Source of the DNA: Candidatus Saccharimonadota bacterium
GTDB taxonomy: Bacteria; Patescibacteriota; Saccharimonadia; Saccharimonadales; AWTP1-31
Assembly (NCBI GenBank): GCA_026395435.1
Contig: JAPLYT010000003.1
Location: 4,024 to 68,023 of the forward strand
Direction of reading: 5' to 3'
Length of the DNA: 64,000 bases
Positions within the stretch are counted from its first letter, which is position 1. Every line of letters begins with the position of its first letter. Below the pieces are notes generated by a model. The model was not told where the DNA came from, ran no database searches, and saw only the letters and a program-made list of their open reading frames with translations. A program made the translations under genes and the position numbers. Below are positions 20,145-29,951 of the stretch, in pieces.

Positions 20145-21514
20145 CATACACGAAAAGCCGATCACCCGATTCATTTTCCACACAACGATCTGACATTTTA
20201 TTGATCATTCTTATTGTTGCATCCGGCCTCATTGGCTCACTTCTCACAGCCACTACCGTGAACCGACGTAATCAAAACTTTTTGCTTGCTCGAGTAGATA
20301 CCATCGCGACTGCCCTGCCGGCCGAAGATGTCGCTAAACTTCAGGGCAATGAATCCGATCTGACTGAGGAAAATTACAATAAAATCAAAGCGAAACTAGC
20401 GCTTATACGAAAAAATAACAGCGACATTCGGTTTGTATACCTTACCTCCATTAAAGATTCTCAGGTGTATTTCTTGGTTGATTCAGAAGATTCTGCCAGC
20501 AAAGATTATTCTCCTCCGGGTGAAACTTACCCAGAAGCATCGCCTGAATTTGTAAATTCATTCAAAGATGGTGATCATTTCGTCGAAGGCCCCTACCGCG
20601 ATCGTTGGGGCAACTGGATGTCAGCCATCGCGCCAATTCGCGACCCGAACACCGGCCAAATTATCGCCATGGCCGGTGTGGATAGCTCTGCACTCAATAA
20701 CTTCCTCCAAGTTGCCCTATATGCCACTATTCCACTTCTCCTGTCGGCAATCCCACTGGTAATTCTGATTCGTCAAATTCGGATCAAAAAGGCTGAAGAA
20801 GAAATTCAAATGCTTAAACGAAGATTTATTTCAATCGCGTCACACGAGCTTCGTTCTCCTTTGACCGGTATGATCTGGGGTACACAATCGCTGCTTGGAC
20901 GAACAACTGAGCTTAATCCCGCTTCAAAAGAATTACTGTCAGATATGTCAGTAAGTGCTCGGTCGGTGATGTCGACAATTAACGAGATCCTTGATCTTTC
21001 TATTTTTGAAGAAGGCAACCCTGATAAATTACAGCACAATCAAGTTGACTTAGTATCAATAATCACCGAAGTACAAAAAGAATTTAAGCTGGCGTCTAAG
21101 GTTAAGGATATCGTCATTAAACGCGATAATTCTTGGCCAGAGCATGCATACGTAATCGGTGATTCTGGGGCTATCCGCCGTGGGATGATGAACATCGTAA
21201 GTAATGCTATTAAATACAGTCCTGAAACCACACAGGTCACATTGGGTTACCAAAAGAATGGCGATATGCATACTATGAGCGTCCATGACACAGGGATCGG
21301 CATACCATCAAGCGAAATTGAGAAAGTGACTGAAGGCTATTACCGAGCCAGTAATGCGACCAATATTTTGGCGCATGGAACCGGGATCGGACTGTGGGTC
21401 ACAAAACTAATGCTCGAACAACACAAAGGTCGTTTGGTCATTGAAAGCCAAGAGAACATTGGGACCACCGTCTATCTATCAATCCCTATTGCATCAAAAC
21501 CTACTACAGCGTGA
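20141..21514 (+). CDS. Membrane sensor histidine kinase
   Basis: Two TM helices with an extracellular sensor; SHELRSPL H-box, NAIKY N-box, DTGIGIP and GTGIGL G-boxes; ATGA overlap with murC. Confidence 0.92.
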   Translation: MTYTKSRSPDSFSTQRSDILLIILIVASGLIGSLLTATTVNRRNQNFLLARVDTIATALPAEDVAKLQGNESDLTEENYNKIKAKLALIRKNNSDIRFVYLTSIKDSQVYFLVDSEDSASKDYSPPGETYPEASPEFVNSFKDGDHFVEGPYRDRWGNWMSAIAPIRDPNTGQIIAMAGVDSSALNNFLQVALYATIPLLLSAIPLVILIRQIRIKKAEEEIQMLKRRFISIASHELRSPLTGMIWGTQSLLGRTTELNPASKELLSDMSVSARSVMSTINEILDLSIFEEGNPDKLQHNQVDLVSIITEVQKEFKLASKVKDIVIKRDNSWPEHAYVIGDSGAIRRGMMNIVSNAIKYSPETTQVTLGYQKNGDMHTMSVHDTGIGIPSSEIEKVTEGYYRASNATNILAHGTGIGLWVTKLMLEQHKGRLVIESQENIGTTVYLSIPIASKPTTA

Positions 21515-21562
21515 CAGATGGGCGTATACTATAGGTAGACCATAAAACGAAAGGATGCAGCC

Positions 21563-21958
21563 ATGGATAACAAACTAATACTTGTCGTTGAAGATGAAGA
21601 CAGCCTGAGTACCGTATTCAAGTTCGAACTCGAAAACGCCGGCTATGATGTACTCCTTGAAGCAAATGGATCCAAAGTAATGGATATTATAAAAGCGAAA
21701 CATCCTGCAGTGGTGTTACTCGATATTATGATCCCTGGCTTGTCAGGACTTGATGTACTGCAAGCAGTCGTTGCTGACCCAGAGACCAAAGAAACCAAAA
21801 TCATTGTCGTCACGACGCTCAACTCAACCGATCGTCAGCAAGAATACAAAACCTTTGGTGCTGCCGGTTTCATCGACAAAGTGAACATGAATCTTCCTGA
21901 CATCCTCAAAAAGATCCAAGAAGTAATGGTCACTGAGCCATCAACAGATATTTCTTAG
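21563..21958 (+). CDS. Single-domain response regulator (receiver)
   Basis: LVVEDE, LLDIMIPGLSG, FIDK. Confidence 0.92.
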   Translation: MDNKLILVVEDEDSLSTVFKFELENAGYDVLLEANGSKVMDIIKAKHPAVVLLDIMIPGLSGLDVLQAVVADPETKETKIIVVTTLNSTDRQQEYKTFGAAGFIDKVNMNLPDILKKIQEVMVTEPSTDIS

Positions 21959-22287
21959 CGGTTGTCGCCGTGGCCTTTTTGGACGCCCCGTGTCTTTCGG
22001 CTGGCCAGTTTATCGAGGTTCAGTTGCATCACATCATCGAGTGAAAGATTGAGGCTATGCGCCATCATAGCAATATACCAGACAACGTCACCGAGTTCTT
22101 TTTTGATCTCCAACACATCTTCATCGGTAATGTTGCCGTCTCGATAGGCAACAATCTTTTTCCATTTTTCGATCACTTCACCTGCTTCACCTACAATTCC
22201 CATAGCCCAAATCGTTTTATCCATTAATGGGTCAGGGTTAAATATCGCAGTAGTAAGCGCTTGCTTTTGATACTCGTCAAATGTCAT
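21955..22287 (-). CDS. MazG-like nucleoside triphosphate pyrophosphohydrolase
   Basis: GEAGEV..KWKK, KELGDVVWY, NLDKLASR. Confidence 0.88.
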   Translation of the reverse strand: MTFDEYQKQALTTAIFNPDPLMDKTIWAMGIVGEAGEVIEKWKKIVAYRDGNITDEDVLEIKKELGDVVWYIAMMAHSLNLSLDDVMQLNLDKLASRKTRGVQKGHGDNR

Positions 22288-22397
22288 GTACCGTCTCCCT
22301 TTACATTATCCTAGTGTACCAGCCCTGACCAACTGGCCAAACTATAACCAAGATCGATGAGCTGGTGAGCAGCGGATATCTGGACTATACTAAATGC

Positions 22398-23285
22398 ATG
22401 AACAATACCTTTTTCGCTATCGAAACAATCAGCAAAGACTCGCTCATTAAAAATCCTAGTCTCTGGGTGCAAAATCATGGTCTCAATATTCTGATCATAT
22501 TGGGAGGTGCATGGATAGTGCAACGCCTCGCTGCATCAGTTATAAAAACGTTGCTTGGTCGCGTAATGCAAGGTCATAGCTTTAGCTCGGACACTGACCG
22601 GAAAAAACGAGCCAATACCTTGCACGGCTTGATTGACGCGATGCTTCGCATTCTAATTTGGGCTATTGCCTCCATAATGGTCATCGACGAGCTCGGTATC
22701 AATACTGCTCCACTACTGGCGAGTGCCGGAGTATTCGGTGTAGCACTCGGTATAGGTGCACAATCTTTCATTAAAGATTTTGTCAGCGGGATGTTTATTA
22801 TCACTGAGAATCAGTACCGAGTCGGTGACGTCGTGGAGCTCGATGCAGGCAGCCCAGTTAGTGGCACCGTGGAGGCGATAACCGTTCGCACTACAGTACT
22901 ACGAGATATTAACGGTACACAGCATCATATCCCTAATGGTAGTATTGTTGTCGCTAGTAATAAAACATTTGGATTTAGTAAAATTAATGAAATGGTCGTC
23001 GTCGATCAGAATACCAATATTGAGAAGCTTGAGAAGATAATTAATCACGTTGGTGATGAACTAGCAGCCGACGAGACTATCGGGAAACTCATTAAGAAAA
23101 CACCACGTATGGATTCAGTAGGCGGATACAATGAGCGCGGATTATTTGTCTATGTACGTGGAGACACCACTCCAGGTGGACAATGGACCGTCAAGACTGA
23201 GCTCTTCAAAAGACTCAATTCAGAACTTACAAAAGCCGGCATCAAAATTGCTATGTCTCCGCTTACGTCGCCGACTAAAAAATAG
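22398..23285 (+). CDS. mscS: Small-conductance mechanosensitive channel
   Basis: ASAGVFGVALGIGAQSFIKDFVSG, YRVGD, GTVEAITVRTT, IPNG. Confidence 0.92.
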   Translation: MNNTFFAIETISKDSLIKNPSLWVQNHGLNILIILGGAWIVQRLAASVIKTLLGRVMQGHSFSSDTDRKKRANTLHGLIDAMLRILIWAIASIMVIDELGINTAPLLASAGVFGVALGIGAQSFIKDFVSGMFIITENQYRVGDVVELDAGSPVSGTVEAITVRTTVLRDINGTQHHIPNGSIVVASNKTFGFSKINEMVVVDQNTNIEKLEKIINHVGDELAADETIGKLIKKTPRMDSVGGYNERGLFVYVRGDTTPGGQWTVKTELFKRLNSELTKAGIKIAMSPLTSPTKK

Positions 23286-23298
23286 TTTCGTTGATTGA

Positions 23299-24018
23299 CT
23301 AAAGACCGAGAGTTGCGTCAGTCAGATCAGCTTCTTGGAAGTCTTTGGTATCGTCGACTTTCTTAAGCGTATCGGTAATGGTAGTTGCAGCTTTAGCTGG
23401 ATCTGCTTTCTTTTCTGTGGTTGTCACCTGTGTTGTAACAGGTGGCTTTGGTACGTCAACAGTCTTCTTGTTGTTAAGCAAGTATGCATAGACTGCACCG
23501 CCTGCAAGTGCTAATGCGAGAATTACAGCCACCATGATGGCTGGACCTTTGCTTCTTTTAGCGGGAACGAGCTGAGACATTGATGCACTTTCGGTGGACG
23601 CTTTTTCTTCGCGGGCTGCCTGTTCCAGCAAAGTCTGAGTATTTTTAGCGACTTCGTCGGGATTTGCGGGCGGCAAGTCTGAAGTCGAAGAAATAGTATC
23701 ATCAGGTTTCGTATCTAAGCCAGGGATTAACTCAGGAGTTGATTCTTTGACTTCTTCAGCAATAACTTGCGGAGTCATAGGACCGACGCTGGCAGTTTCA
23801 GATGGAACGGGTGATGTTGAACTTGGAGCTGATGGCGCAACTGGTTCTTCAGGTGCTGAAGGCCTCGATGAGGCTTGTGGCGCAGCCGGGGTTGTATCGG
23901 TGGAATCGGTTATAGAGATAGATACCGGACGCGAAACAGGAGGACGGGCACCGATGCCGTCCATTGATCTTCCTGGTTGAGGACTTGATGGTTGAGGTGT
24001 AGGTTTGATATCATCCAT
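23299..24018 (-). CDS. Pro/Ser/Thr-rich single-TM hypothetical protein
   Basis: Low-complexity N-terminus and one TM helix near the C-terminus. Confidence 0.75.
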   Translation of the reverse strand: MDDIKPTPQPSSPQPGRSMDGIGARPPVSRPVSISITDSTDTTPAAPQASSRPSAPEEPVAPSAPSSTSPVPSETASVGPMTPQVIAEEVKESTPELIPGLDTKPDDTISSTSDLPPANPDEVAKNTQTLLEQAAREEKASTESASMSQLVPAKRSKGPAIMVAVILALALAGGAVYAYLLNNKKTVDVPKPPVTTQVTTTEKKADPAKAATTITDTLKKVDDTKDFQEADLTDATLGL

Positions 24019-24020
24019 GG

Positions 24021-24734
24021 CTATTGTGCCCCCCCTGTTTTTGTAGGCGTCGGTGTTGGAGTCGTTGTTGTTGGAGTAGGTTTTGTGGTAGTTGTGGTTG
24101 TTTTGGTGTCAGCTTTTTCTTCTTTTAGAAGCGGTAATACCTTGGTTTCAATAGTAGTTCGAATGTCTTTAGCATCTTTGGCGATAACCACACGAGCTGC
24201 TCGTGCTCCTTCGAGCGCACCCTTGAACCCTGCAGGGTCAACGATACAATCGACGTCATTGAGATCGGCAACTGCTGTCTGATATGTTGCAACGTCGGTA
24301 GTATAAGACGCAATTAGAGTCGTAAGTTCAGTCTGGGCCGCTTCGATTGCCTTCGTATCCGTACCGGCAGTCTTCATGTCGGCAATAACTTCTGAAAGCG
24401 TGGTGGTTATCTTGGTATAATTTTCAGTTCGTACTTTTACTTTGTCGGTCAAAGTAACGGCATATGCCTTACCCTTGATCTGAGCAACTTTGCACTTCAA
24501 CTTTAGCTTAGCTTGATCGGCTGCACTTAATGTTGCGGCATAGGTCGTTTTGTTTTTAGCAATACGATCAGCGAGTGTCGTAGCAGCCGGCTTAACTGTT
24601 GGCGCCGGGGCTGTGGTCGTTGTAGTAGTTGTCTTGGTTGTTGCAGGTGTTGGAGTAGCTGCTGCCAAAACAGGCGCGACGCTTAAGAATGGCGCCACCA
24701 AAGCCATGCTCACGATCAACTTAATTTTATTCAT
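24021..24734 (-). CDS. Secreted helical protein with Thr-rich linkers
   Basis: Signal peptide, poly-Thr tracts, Cys pair. Confidence 0.75.
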   Translation of the reverse strand: MNKIKLIVSMALVAPFLSVAPVLAAATPTPATTKTTTTTTTAPAPTVKPAATTLADRIAKNKTTYAATLSAADQAKLKLKCKVAQIKGKAYAVTLTDKVKVRTENYTKITTTLSEVIADMKTAGTDTKAIEAAQTELTTLIASYTTDVATYQTAVADLNDVDCIVDPAGFKGALEGARAARVVIAKDAKDIRTTIETKVLPLLKEEKADTKTTTTTTKPTPTTTTPTPTPTKTGGAQ

Positions 24735-24775
24735 ATAGATTCCTTGTTACGATGCTCTTATATTAGCATAAGCTT

Positions 24776-25606
24776 TTAGGAGAGAGAATAGTGGTTATCC
24801 ACCTGTTTAATCATTCCTTCTTGCGTTAAGTCGATGAGCACCGAAAGCAGACGGTCGTCGGCAATATTTCGCCGTAAGGCTCCGAGTTTCATTTCATCCT
24901 GCGTTAAAAGTCTTAGAACTGCACCCCGGACTTGTCGACGCGATCCCTCAAATTTTGACTGTTTCGTATAGGCCTTACTTTTGCGACTTTTATTACCAAC
25001 TTGTTGCTTGAGATAAGCCCCGTAATCCATTAGAGCCCAGTACCACTCCCGGAACGAATACTTTCCTGAATGACCCTCAAGTTTATCGATGCATTGTTGC
25101 AGTAGCGGCAACAGTTGCGAATCCGATATCGTATCGTGATCTTCAAAAAAATGGTGAATGAAAACTGTCCGAATGTTAGTTTCAATGTACACTACTGGCT
25201 CGTTATAGGCATAGGCCATAATTGCCCCCGCAGTATTAGCTCCAATTCCCGGAAGCGTCGATAATTGTGCTTTGTCAGTTGGAAATTTACTTCCAAATTC
25301 AGAAACTACTTTTTGGGCTGCCAAATGTAAGAATTTTGCCCGACGGTTATATCCCAGGCCCTGCCATATTCGAATTACATCGCTCAAAGGTGCATCTGCA
25401 AGTTTCTGAACACTGGGAAACTGATCTAAAAATTTCTGATATTTCTCTATTACCCGCGACACCTGCGTTTGCTGAAGCATAATCTCACTTACCATGATGC
25501 AGTATGGGTCAAACATACCGTCCAGTTTAGCAGTGCGCCACGGCATATTGCGCTTGTTGGATTCGTAATTGTCCCAAACAATGTTCATAAAAGCATCAAT
25601 ATCCAT
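24776..25606 (-). CDS. mutY: A/G-specific adenine glycosylase (short form)
   Basis: MPWR, VSEIMLQQTQV, WQGLGYNRRA, LPGIG.NTA, ALMDYGA. Confidence 0.9.
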   Translation of the reverse strand: MDIDAFMNIVWDNYESNKRNMPWRTAKLDGMFDPYCIMVSEIMLQQTQVSRVIEKYQKFLDQFPSVQKLADAPLSDVIRIWQGLGYNRRAKFLHLAAQKVVSEFGSKFPTDKAQLSTLPGIGANTAGAIMAYAYNEPVVYIETNIRTVFIHHFFEDHDTISDSQLLPLLQQCIDKLEGHSGKYSFREWYWALMDYGAYLKQQVGNKSRKSKAYTKQSKFEGSRRQVRGAVLRLLTQDEMKLGALRRNIADDRLLSVLIDLTQEGMIKQVDNHYSLS

Positions 25607-25639
25607 CACTACTATTGTACGATGTGCGCACGCGCTTGA

Positions 25640-26290
25640 CTACTGTTGCGTAAAGCCTGTAACAACCCAATTGCTACCCTGAAGGTTCATCTGTAAGAGT
25701 GTTCGGTCGACCTTGCCATCATAAAAAGCCGCCATTTTGACCGTTGCAGACGAATCACTCGACTGAGCCCATGTGTTATCATCGATGATAAATGCAGCCG
25801 TCTCAGGAATCTTTGGGAAAGACACAGCGACGAGTGGATTTCCTGTGAGGCCTTTTGATTCAATGTCTCGCATAGAGGTGCAGGCTTCCTTGGGTACTGT
25901 CGAATTCGTACATCCATTTGTACTTTCACCCCCTGCCGCACTCCCATCTGATGTTGATTCGGATCCACTAGATTTCTTTGAGCCATTACTGGCTGAGGAG
26001 CCTCCCTGATTTGTATTTGAGCCAGAAGAACTATTGCCCTGCGATGAACCATCTGCAGAAGGTGTATTTGTAGTTCCATCCGGAGTTGCTCCTGATTCAG
26101 AAGCAATACTGGTGTCTCCACTAGCTGTGCCATTCTTTTCAGCCAGATAAAATCGACTACTGAAAAAAACAACCGTCCCGGCTATAGCGATTGCCAAAAT
26201 CACAAAGAATTTTGAAGAAAAAGCTGATCGAGCATTTTGAATCTTATTATGGACGGTATTGTATGATCGAACGGGTGTTTGTCTTGCCAT
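25640..26290 (-). CDS. Single-TM surface protein with Ser/Gly linker and Cys-containing C-terminal domain (paralog of 32279-32920)
   Basis: TM near the N-terminus; C-x5-P-x3-C...IE..GL..NP...ID..TW domain. Confidence 0.75.
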   Translation of the reverse strand: MARQTPVRSYNTVHNKIQNARSAFSSKFFVILAIAIAGTVVFFSSRFYLAEKNGTASGDTSIASESGATPDGTTNTPSADGSSQGNSSSGSNTNQGGSSASNGSKKSSGSESTSDGSAAGGESTNGCTNSTVPKEACTSMRDIESKGLTGNPLVAVSFPKIPETAAFIIDDNTWAQSSDSSATVKMAAFYDGKVDRTLLQMNLQGSNWVVTGFTQQ

Positions 26291-26341
26291 TTTGTATTAG
26301 CCTATTTCGCCTATATTATGCTTATGTATAGCATAGCATAT

Positions 26342-26578
26342 CTATGATTTTCGTTTTGCAATCCAACTCATGATCACAAGCGCACTCACCCAATACGGCA
26401 CAATGCCAATAATCGTATCACTTACCGAGTGCGAACTACGGTCAACCGCCAACGCACTCGCACCCAAAAAGTATATATACGGTATATACGTTAACCACCC
26501 CTGCCAAGCCACCGGAATATAGCTCCCCCTAACTTGTTTAAACCAGACCGTTTTTTTATTTTTATTTCTTTTTGTCAT
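26342..26578 (-). CDS. Small two-TM membrane protein
   Basis: WF...P..WQGW motif, two hydrophobic segments; overlaps the end of the upstream gene. Confidence 0.7.
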   Translation of the reverse strand: MTKRNKNKKTVWFKQVRGSYIPVAWQGWLTYIPYIYFLGASALAVDRSSHSVSDTIIGIVPYWVSALVIMSWIAKRKS

Positions 26579-27944
26579 GATATCTTCCTCTCATATATTG
26601 TTTAATTATCACAAAAGTTGTAGTTAAACCACCGAGCAGTACAAAATATTCGCCAACATGCGTATACAGTGTCAAGGTACCGTTCGTCTTTGCCAGTATT
26701 GAAACCGTGTCATTGCTCGATATCTTACCTATGATAGAGCCATTATTGTCATACGCGTAGGCAGTGGCGCTATTTGCACTTTGCAAGAAATACCGTGAAT
26801 TTGCAACAGCCATAAATCTGCCGAAGCTTTGTTGCTGCCAAGCGAATAGCCGTGAACCGTTAAATGGCTTAAGCGATGCAGAATTCGCAAAAACTGTTGC
26901 GCCTTGTAATGCAAAAGACCGATAGTCCTGGGGTGCGATGATACTTGAACAAACTGCAACACCCACAGAAATAGTATTGCCAATATCTACTGGCTTCAAT
27001 TGCACGGGCCCTTTAATGACTGACTTTGCAAAACTAAAGTAATCAAGCGTGTTCTTTTGACCGGTTGCCCGTAACCCTGTCCTCACAATGTAGGGTAAAT
27101 CTTCGCCTCCTGGTATAAGCCGATACTTATCTTGAAAATCAGTAATGCCATCTCGTGTATTCCCTGAAAGCATCCGATTCTGATGTCCAATTCTACCTCG
27201 AGTATACAATTGTGTAGATCCTACGAAGTATGTCGGCGACTTGTCATTTTTATCCATAGCTATCCGACTATCTACATTTTTATTTGTTATCTTTTCGAGT
27301 CCGTATTCCGGGAATACCACAAGAGCCTCATCTTTGGGTACAATTTGCGGTACTCGCTGAACAAGTGTTTCGCTTACAATCTTGGCTTTAAAATCGGTAC
27401 CATTTGGGTGTCGATAAAATCCCCACCCTATTATCGACAATAAGCTTAATACTAAAAGGGGGGCCAAGCTTAATGCACGATACTTCTTTTGCGACACAAG
27501 ATATATAATCGTCAATACGAATCCAGAGAGTCCATATAGACCAATGAACCTTGTTGAAAAGATGAAGGGGGTACGCAGGACGAGAAGTGACGCTGAGCCA
27601 ATGGGGAGTAAACTGTCGATCCTTCCCTGGGGACCTATCCAAAGAATTGCATTCAGCCATCCAACGGCGTAATCGGCAAAAGCAAAAATAACGACTAAAG
27701 CTGGTATATAGAATTTCGCATCAAGGTGCTCCTGGGTGATTTTCGCAATACTCAGAAATTTTCGAACAATGAATACCGACAAAGAAACATTAATGATAAG
27801 TACGATAATTGCCAGAATTGTGCCCTGTTTTTTTGACCCAGCAAGTTCCAACGAATCTGTTTGAAGTGCCCAAGACCACATGAACGAGAACCAAACAACC
27901 AGCCCAAGTATGGCTGGTTGTTTTTTTAGTTTACTGACAATCAT
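26562..27944 (-). CDS. Apolipoprotein N-acyltransferase (Lnt)-like membrane protein, nitrilase superfamily
   Basis: N-terminal TM bundle with GLYGLS; catalytic-triad-like FPEY, K.RLIPGGEDLPY, VAVC; C-terminal TLY..VGE followed by a TM helix. Confidence 0.75.
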   Translation of the reverse strand: MIVSKLKKQPAILGLVVWFSFMWSWALQTDSLELAGSKKQGTILAIIVLIINVSLSVFIVRKFLSIAKITQEHLDAKFYIPALVVIFAFADYAVGWLNAILWIGPQGRIDSLLPIGSASLLVLRTPFIFSTRFIGLYGLSGFVLTIIYLVSQKKYRALSLAPLLVLSLLSIIGWGFYRHPNGTDFKAKIVSETLVQRVPQIVPKDEALVVFPEYGLEKITNKNVDSRIAMDKNDKSPTYFVGSTQLYTRGRIGHQNRMLSGNTRDGITDFQDKYRLIPGGEDLPYIVRTGLRATGQKNTLDYFSFAKSVIKGPVQLKPVDIGNTISVGVAVCSSIIAPQDYRSFALQGATVFANSASLKPFNGSRLFAWQQQSFGRFMAVANSRYFLQSANSATAYAYDNNGSIIGKISSNDTVSILAKTNGTLTLYTHVGEYFVLLGGLTTTFVIIKQYMRGRYHDKKK

Positions 27945-27950
27945 GTGCTC

Positions 27951-28646
27951 TTATTTAGCGGGAGCAGGTGCAGCCGTTGAGGATGTTGAAGCAGAAGCTC
28001 CGGTAGATGCCGTTGAACTAAAGTTGGCAACTTCTTCGAGGCGCATAGATGCAACTGTTAGAGTAACTCCTTTAGCTTTAACGATCAGCCGACCAGATAC
28101 AGCCCCTACTTTTACTGCAGCAATCTTTGGTGTACAGATATCTGCAAATGTGGTGCTGACTGGGCCATCGTATGAAGCGCCTGCGCCTGCGCCAGTTGGG
28201 TAACCAGGAAGGAACATCTCGATCTTTGCCTGCCCGCCAACTGGTGCCTTTACGTTTGCACAAAGACGATAATCTTTATAGAGATGGCTCGTATCAAAAA
28301 CTACATTTTGTGGAATTACTGTTGCCATATTTGCCCCGACTGTATCTGCGGTACAGGTCATATAGAACCCTGGATTTGGATTTTTTGAATCACCTAATTC
28401 TACTTGCTGCGTCTTACAAGGAGATGTGCTTGGCGAGACACCTGCCGTCAAAGTCTTGCTGGCTGCGTTGAAGGTCCAAGAAGCAGTTGCGGCAAAACTA
28501 CGATAGACCATGAGTCCACCACCGATTACGACAAATGCTAATACTGTTACAATTACCCGACCCTTGGTTGAGTTGAGACTTATACTTTGATTTGAGAATT
28601 TAATTTTACTATTATTTGAGCTTTTTACTTTTTTAGCTGTGGCCAT
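27951..28646 (-). CDS. Secreted/anchored beta-rich hypothetical protein
   Basis: Basic N-terminus, TM helix ending RSFAA, four Cys, Ser/Ala tail. Confidence 0.75.
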   Translation of the reverse strand: MATAKKVKSSNNSKIKFSNQSISLNSTKGRVIVTVLAFVVIGGGLMVYRSFAATASWTFNAASKTLTAGVSPSTSPCKTQQVELGDSKNPNPGFYMTCTADTVGANMATVIPQNVVFDTSHLYKDYRLCANVKAPVGGQAKIEMFLPGYPTGAGAGASYDGPVSTTFADICTPKIAAVKVGAVSGRLIVKAKGVTLTVASMRLEEVANFSSTASTGASASTSSTAAPAPAK

Positions 28647-28700
28647 TTTTATTCCTTTATCTACTATTACTCTTAAGAATAAGCGTAATGTATAGTTGTG

Positions 28701-29933
28701 TCAAACACGAGCAAGCTTCTTGGGTGTTTCTTTTTTCAACTTTTTTACATACGTAGGTTTCGCAATCCCTAAAATTATACAAATCCAGAGGATTACTTCC
28801 ATCTGAATATTGATGTTGTTTACAGCCAAGAATAATATCATAAACCACAAAACAGATCGGATCACCGTATTCGCTGAGCTGTTATTGCGTAACCCTCGTA
28901 ATGCAGAGTAGAGGAGATATATAAATAATCCCGTAATGATCACTCCTCTCTCGACAACAAGATCGACAAAATAATTATGGCTGCTTTCAAACCTGATGCC
29001 GTCTTCTACATCCACCCCAATTCGAGGATATTTTTTGCCATTGTCATGAATATTTCGATCAATTGAACCTATGCCTTCGCCGAGGATGAAGCCTTTTGGC
29101 TTTGGCATGCTCGCTTGTACCAAATTCAAGCGGTATAGAACACTTTCGACAAAATAGGGGGTATTGGCAAGTCGGGAAAAGTAGTTAAAACGAACGAACA
29201 GAAGTGTAAGCGCGACTAATGAGGACAGGATAAGGATTTTAAGATAGCGTTTAAATGAATATCTGTAATCATAAATGATTAAACCCGCAAGGATTATCAG
29301 GGCACTCCGCGTTTGGCTTAGTAGTAGACACAAACATAAGAAAATAATGCTCGGTACTAAATACTTTGGGTTTACTTTCTTATGTCTATACAGCCAAAGC
29401 CCCAGCAAAATACCGATTGCAAATAAACAGGCTGCATAGATAACTTGGGAATCGATAAAACCTAACCTTGTGTTTGAGTGTCCTTGTAGCCAAAAAACAA
29501 AATTCACAACTGCCCAACCGCATATACTTAGGTATGCACCAATCAACATTTTCGTCCGCTCAATTGTCGCAATCATTGTGCCGACTGCGATACTTGCATA
29601 TAAAGAAACCAGACTTGGATGGACCAATGGTGTACCTATAAGCGCGTTCATTGTAATAGAGTTGAGCAACAAGACAACGGTAGACAGAAAGACAAACAAT
29701 GGAATTTTCCTATCCTTCCAAATATTTTTTAGTATTTCCCGGCGGTAAAGTACAAGATATAAAAATGCGATGACTCCTGCGGCTCCAATAAAGAACCGAC
29801 GCAACCAAAATGCCTTGTATAAATCTTGTGACCAATAATACATACCTCCGAGTAATGAGGTAGTCGCCAAAATACTTAGAATAGAAGCGCCAAACGGCAC
29901 CACCGTTTGTTCGATTTTTTGTTGTTTGGGCAT
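28701..29933 (-). CDS. O-antigen ligase family (Wzy_C/WaaL-like) membrane protein
   Basis: About 12 TM segments; RLGF, LSQTRSA, R..L, LGEGIG, SSHNYFVDLVVERG motifs; start uncertain (29933, 29966 or 30005). Confidence 0.8.
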   Translation of the reverse strand: MPKQQKIEQTVVPFGASILSILATTSLLGGMYYWSQDLYKAFWLRRFFIGAAGVIAFLYLVLYRREILKNIWKDRKIPLFVFLSTVVLLLNSITMNALIGTPLVHPSLVSLYASIAVGTMIATIERTKMLIGAYLSICGWAVVNFVFWLQGHSNTRLGFIDSQVIYAACLFAIGILLGLWLYRHKKVNPKYLVPSIIFLCLCLLLSQTRSALIILAGLIIYDYRYSFKRYLKILILSSLVALTLLFVRFNYFSRLANTPYFVESVLYRLNLVQASMPKPKGFILGEGIGSIDRNIHDNGKKYPRIGVDVEDGIRFESSHNYFVDLVVERGVIITGLFIYLLYSALRGLRNNSSANTVIRSVLWFMILFLAVNNINIQMEVILWICIILGIAKPTYVKKLKKETPKKLARV

Positions 29934-29951
29934 TACAGGTATAGTTATACC

